45,201 nt of DNA from Candidatus Omnitrophota bacterium (lineage in GTDB: Bacteria > Omnitrophota > Gorgyraeia > 2-01-FULL-45-10). Numbering within the stretch: the stretch's first letter is position 1; each line of letters begins with the position of its first letter. The notes under the pieces were generated by a model, which was given only the letters and a program-made list of their open reading frames with translations, made no database searches and was not told where the DNA came from. Below, piece by piece: positions 39,501 through 42,500 of the stretch. The position numbers were made by a program, and so were the translations under genes. The DNA lies in NCBI GenBank assembly GCA_026387165.1, contig JAPLMG010000015.1:1-45201 (forward strand). The letters are read 5' to 3'.

Positions 39501-42500
39501 TTAAGAGCGCTGCCCACAAAAACAGAATTTACGGTTATTAAGCGCTTAAGAGATTTATCGTACCTATACGACGAGCCATTACTTGAAGATGCTAGAAATG
39601 ATTTAGTAAGAATGGGGAAGGCTGCAGAGCCTTATCTTGTTAAAATATTCGAAAATAAGAATTCAAGACTACGCAGGGCGGCTATAGGTGTTCTTGGTAG
39701 GATCGGTGTAGTTCCTGTCCTCATAAAAGCATCAGAAGATAATGATTTTTACATTCGTGATTTCGCTTATGAGGCGCTTGAAAGATGCAGAGCCTTAAAT
39801 GTAGAGCTTAAGGTTAAGCGATATTTAAAAGATTTAGAAGATGGTAATAAGCGTATTAGTAAATCAAGCGCCTTACTCGCACTCGGCAATATTGGCTCTA
39901 AAGCCGAAGAGGCCGTTCCTGCCATAATAAGATTGTTGGAATATGGAGACGAGAATGATCGTACCAATGCTGCTGATGCATTAGAAAAAATTGGCGCTCT
40001 TACCCCAAATCTTGCTGTGCGCCGATACATAAAAGATCTTGATGGAGTGCGCGACGGGTGCGGTTTCCGTGGAGAGGCTGCCGCTAAAGCGCTTGGCAAC
40101 CTAGGGTCTGAATCCAAGGAAGCCATACCTATTTTAACAAATGCATTAGAAGGTGAGCACTCAAATGTTCGCCAGGAAGCTGCCGCCGCATTGGACAAGC
40201 TCGGAGCCTTAACTGTAGAGCTTAAGGTTAAGCGATATTTAAAAGATTTAGATGAGAATCTCGAGGGTTCTCAATCTCGTATTGTTCGTTCATTAGCGGC
40301 TGAGGCTCTTGAAAAACTTGGTGCTTTCAGCACAGAACTTAAAGTAAGACTATATATAGCTGAATTAAAAGACCTCTTTTATTCTTATGATGATCGCAAG
40401 CCCGCGATCGAAGCTCTAGTAAAAATTGGTCAATCTGCGACTCCTTCCCTCTTAAAAGAATTAGACAATGATCGATATAATATTCGAAGTGCTGTTGCGG
40501 AAACCCTCGAAAGACTCGGAGCCTTAACCGTGGAGCTTAAGGTTAAGAAATATTTAAGAGATTTAGAACATGGTGATTTTAGTTATATTGATGAAAATTG
40601 GCGCTACCGTGGACTAGCCGCAGAAGCTCTCGGTAAAATGGGTCCAGAAGCCAAGGACGCAATCCCCGCTCTCATCAAAAGCTTGACAGATTGTCAGCCA
40701 GATAATCGAATCGTTGCTAGTGAAGCTCTTGTTAAAATAGGAAAAGTCGCTGTACCAAACCTCATCAAAGCATTAGAAGATAGTGAAGAATACGTCCCCA
40801 GTTTCGCCGCCGACATTCTTGGTAAAATAGGCCCTGAAGCAAAAGAAGCTGTCCCCGCTCTCATCAAAAGCATGACAGATAATAAGTCGCCTTATAGAGG
40901 CGCCGCTGATGAAGCTCTTGTTAAAATAGGAAAAGCCGCTGTCCCAGGCCTCATCAAAGTATTGGAAGATAATAATAGCGTTGTCCGTGGAAGTGCCGCA
41001 ATGGTCCTTGAAAAACTAGGGTCATTAACAGTAGAGCTCAAAGTAGCGCGGTATCTTAGTGATTTAAGAGATACAGATAACTCTATCCGTAAAAATGCCA
41101 CCGAAGCTCTTGTTAAAATAGGAAAAGCCGCTGTCCCAGGCCTCATCAAAGTATTGGAAGATAATAATAGCGTTGTCCGTGGAAGTGCCGCAATGGCCCT
41201 TGAAAAACTAGGGTCATTAACAGTGGAGCTCAAAGTGGCGCGGTTTATAAATGATTTAAAAGATAAGGATAGCTCTGTTCGCAGCTGTGCCGCTGACAAC
41301 CTTGGTAAAATAGGTCCGGAAGCTAAAGAATCAGTTCCCGCTCTCGTAAATGTATTAAAAGATAATGACAATGACGTTCGCCGCAATGCTGCCGCAAGCC
41401 TCGGCATAATAGGGGATATACAGGCCTTGCCGGCCCTTATTGGCTTGATAAACGACTACAAAAGCGGCCCTGCGGCAATAATGGCCATTGCCTCCATTGT
41501 ATTTAAAAATAAAAGCGTCTTATCAGAAGATGCTTGGAAGTCTATAATATCTCAGAGTCATATCGACTTAGTAGTAGATATTTTCAAAAAATATCCGGAT
41601 TTATTTAATCAAGATATACAGTGGTTGAATGCAATAAGGCGTCTTATTGAACAGATAAACGAGGAGATTAATATATATCCTGCAAGCGAACAGGAATCCG
41701 TCCGCAAACAGATTTGCGGCAGCATAGACAACTATATCAAAATGTTTGTCCCTGATAACAACGCAGATCGCATAATAACGGAATATAAAGAGATCTCTTC
41801 TCTTTTTGAAATAGTCCACGATAACCTACCGCTATGCCTTGATTCTTTAAGGCAAATCGGTCTGAATATGGCCTATTTCGAATCATTAAGAAAGGCGCTT
41901 CCTTTGAATAATGCCTTGACCAGAATATTAAGGATGCTCGGAGAAAGTGAAAGTGCAATAGGCGGTTTCAGAGATGTTACAACAAAAGTCCAAAAGTCCG
42001 GTAACTTTGGCAGGCTATATTCAATGATAGTTGATGTGGCCAAGAGAAAACAAAGGACCGCCCCCCAGGAAGTATCCGGCCTACTTGAGATATTAAGATC
42101 ATTAGGTAACATTTCAAGATGGAAAGAAAAAAAATGGGAGCGTATTAAAGGCCAGATAGAAAAGTATTACTCATCAGGCTTTAAAGTTATCACATATAAT
42201 CTGTTCAAATACTTTGTAGAACACGAAAACGATGCAGCTGCCTTGTTCACGATGAAAGAAGATATACAGAAACAGTTAGGTAATATCGGATGGGGTGGTT
42301 TCGCTGGATTAACGGACGATTTTAAAAAGAAATACGGCATAACCACGCGGGATGAGATAGCGCTGTTGGCTAAGTATATGGCTATATCAAACCTCACCGC
42401 ACGAGATTATGCCGGTAAATATGAGGATATCAAAAAAGTCCTCGCTAAAAGGGGCGGCGCATGGAAAGACGAAATTGATGAAGGCTTACGAGAACTATTC

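Noticed and set aside
39790-41263. Repeated DNA blocks that could be mistaken for a CRISPR array
   Set aside because: The repeats are in-frame protein repeats (HEAT units and the ELKVKRYLKDL element) of 142 bp or more. Their periods are multiples of 3 and irregular, and there is no short palindromic repeat and spacer structure.
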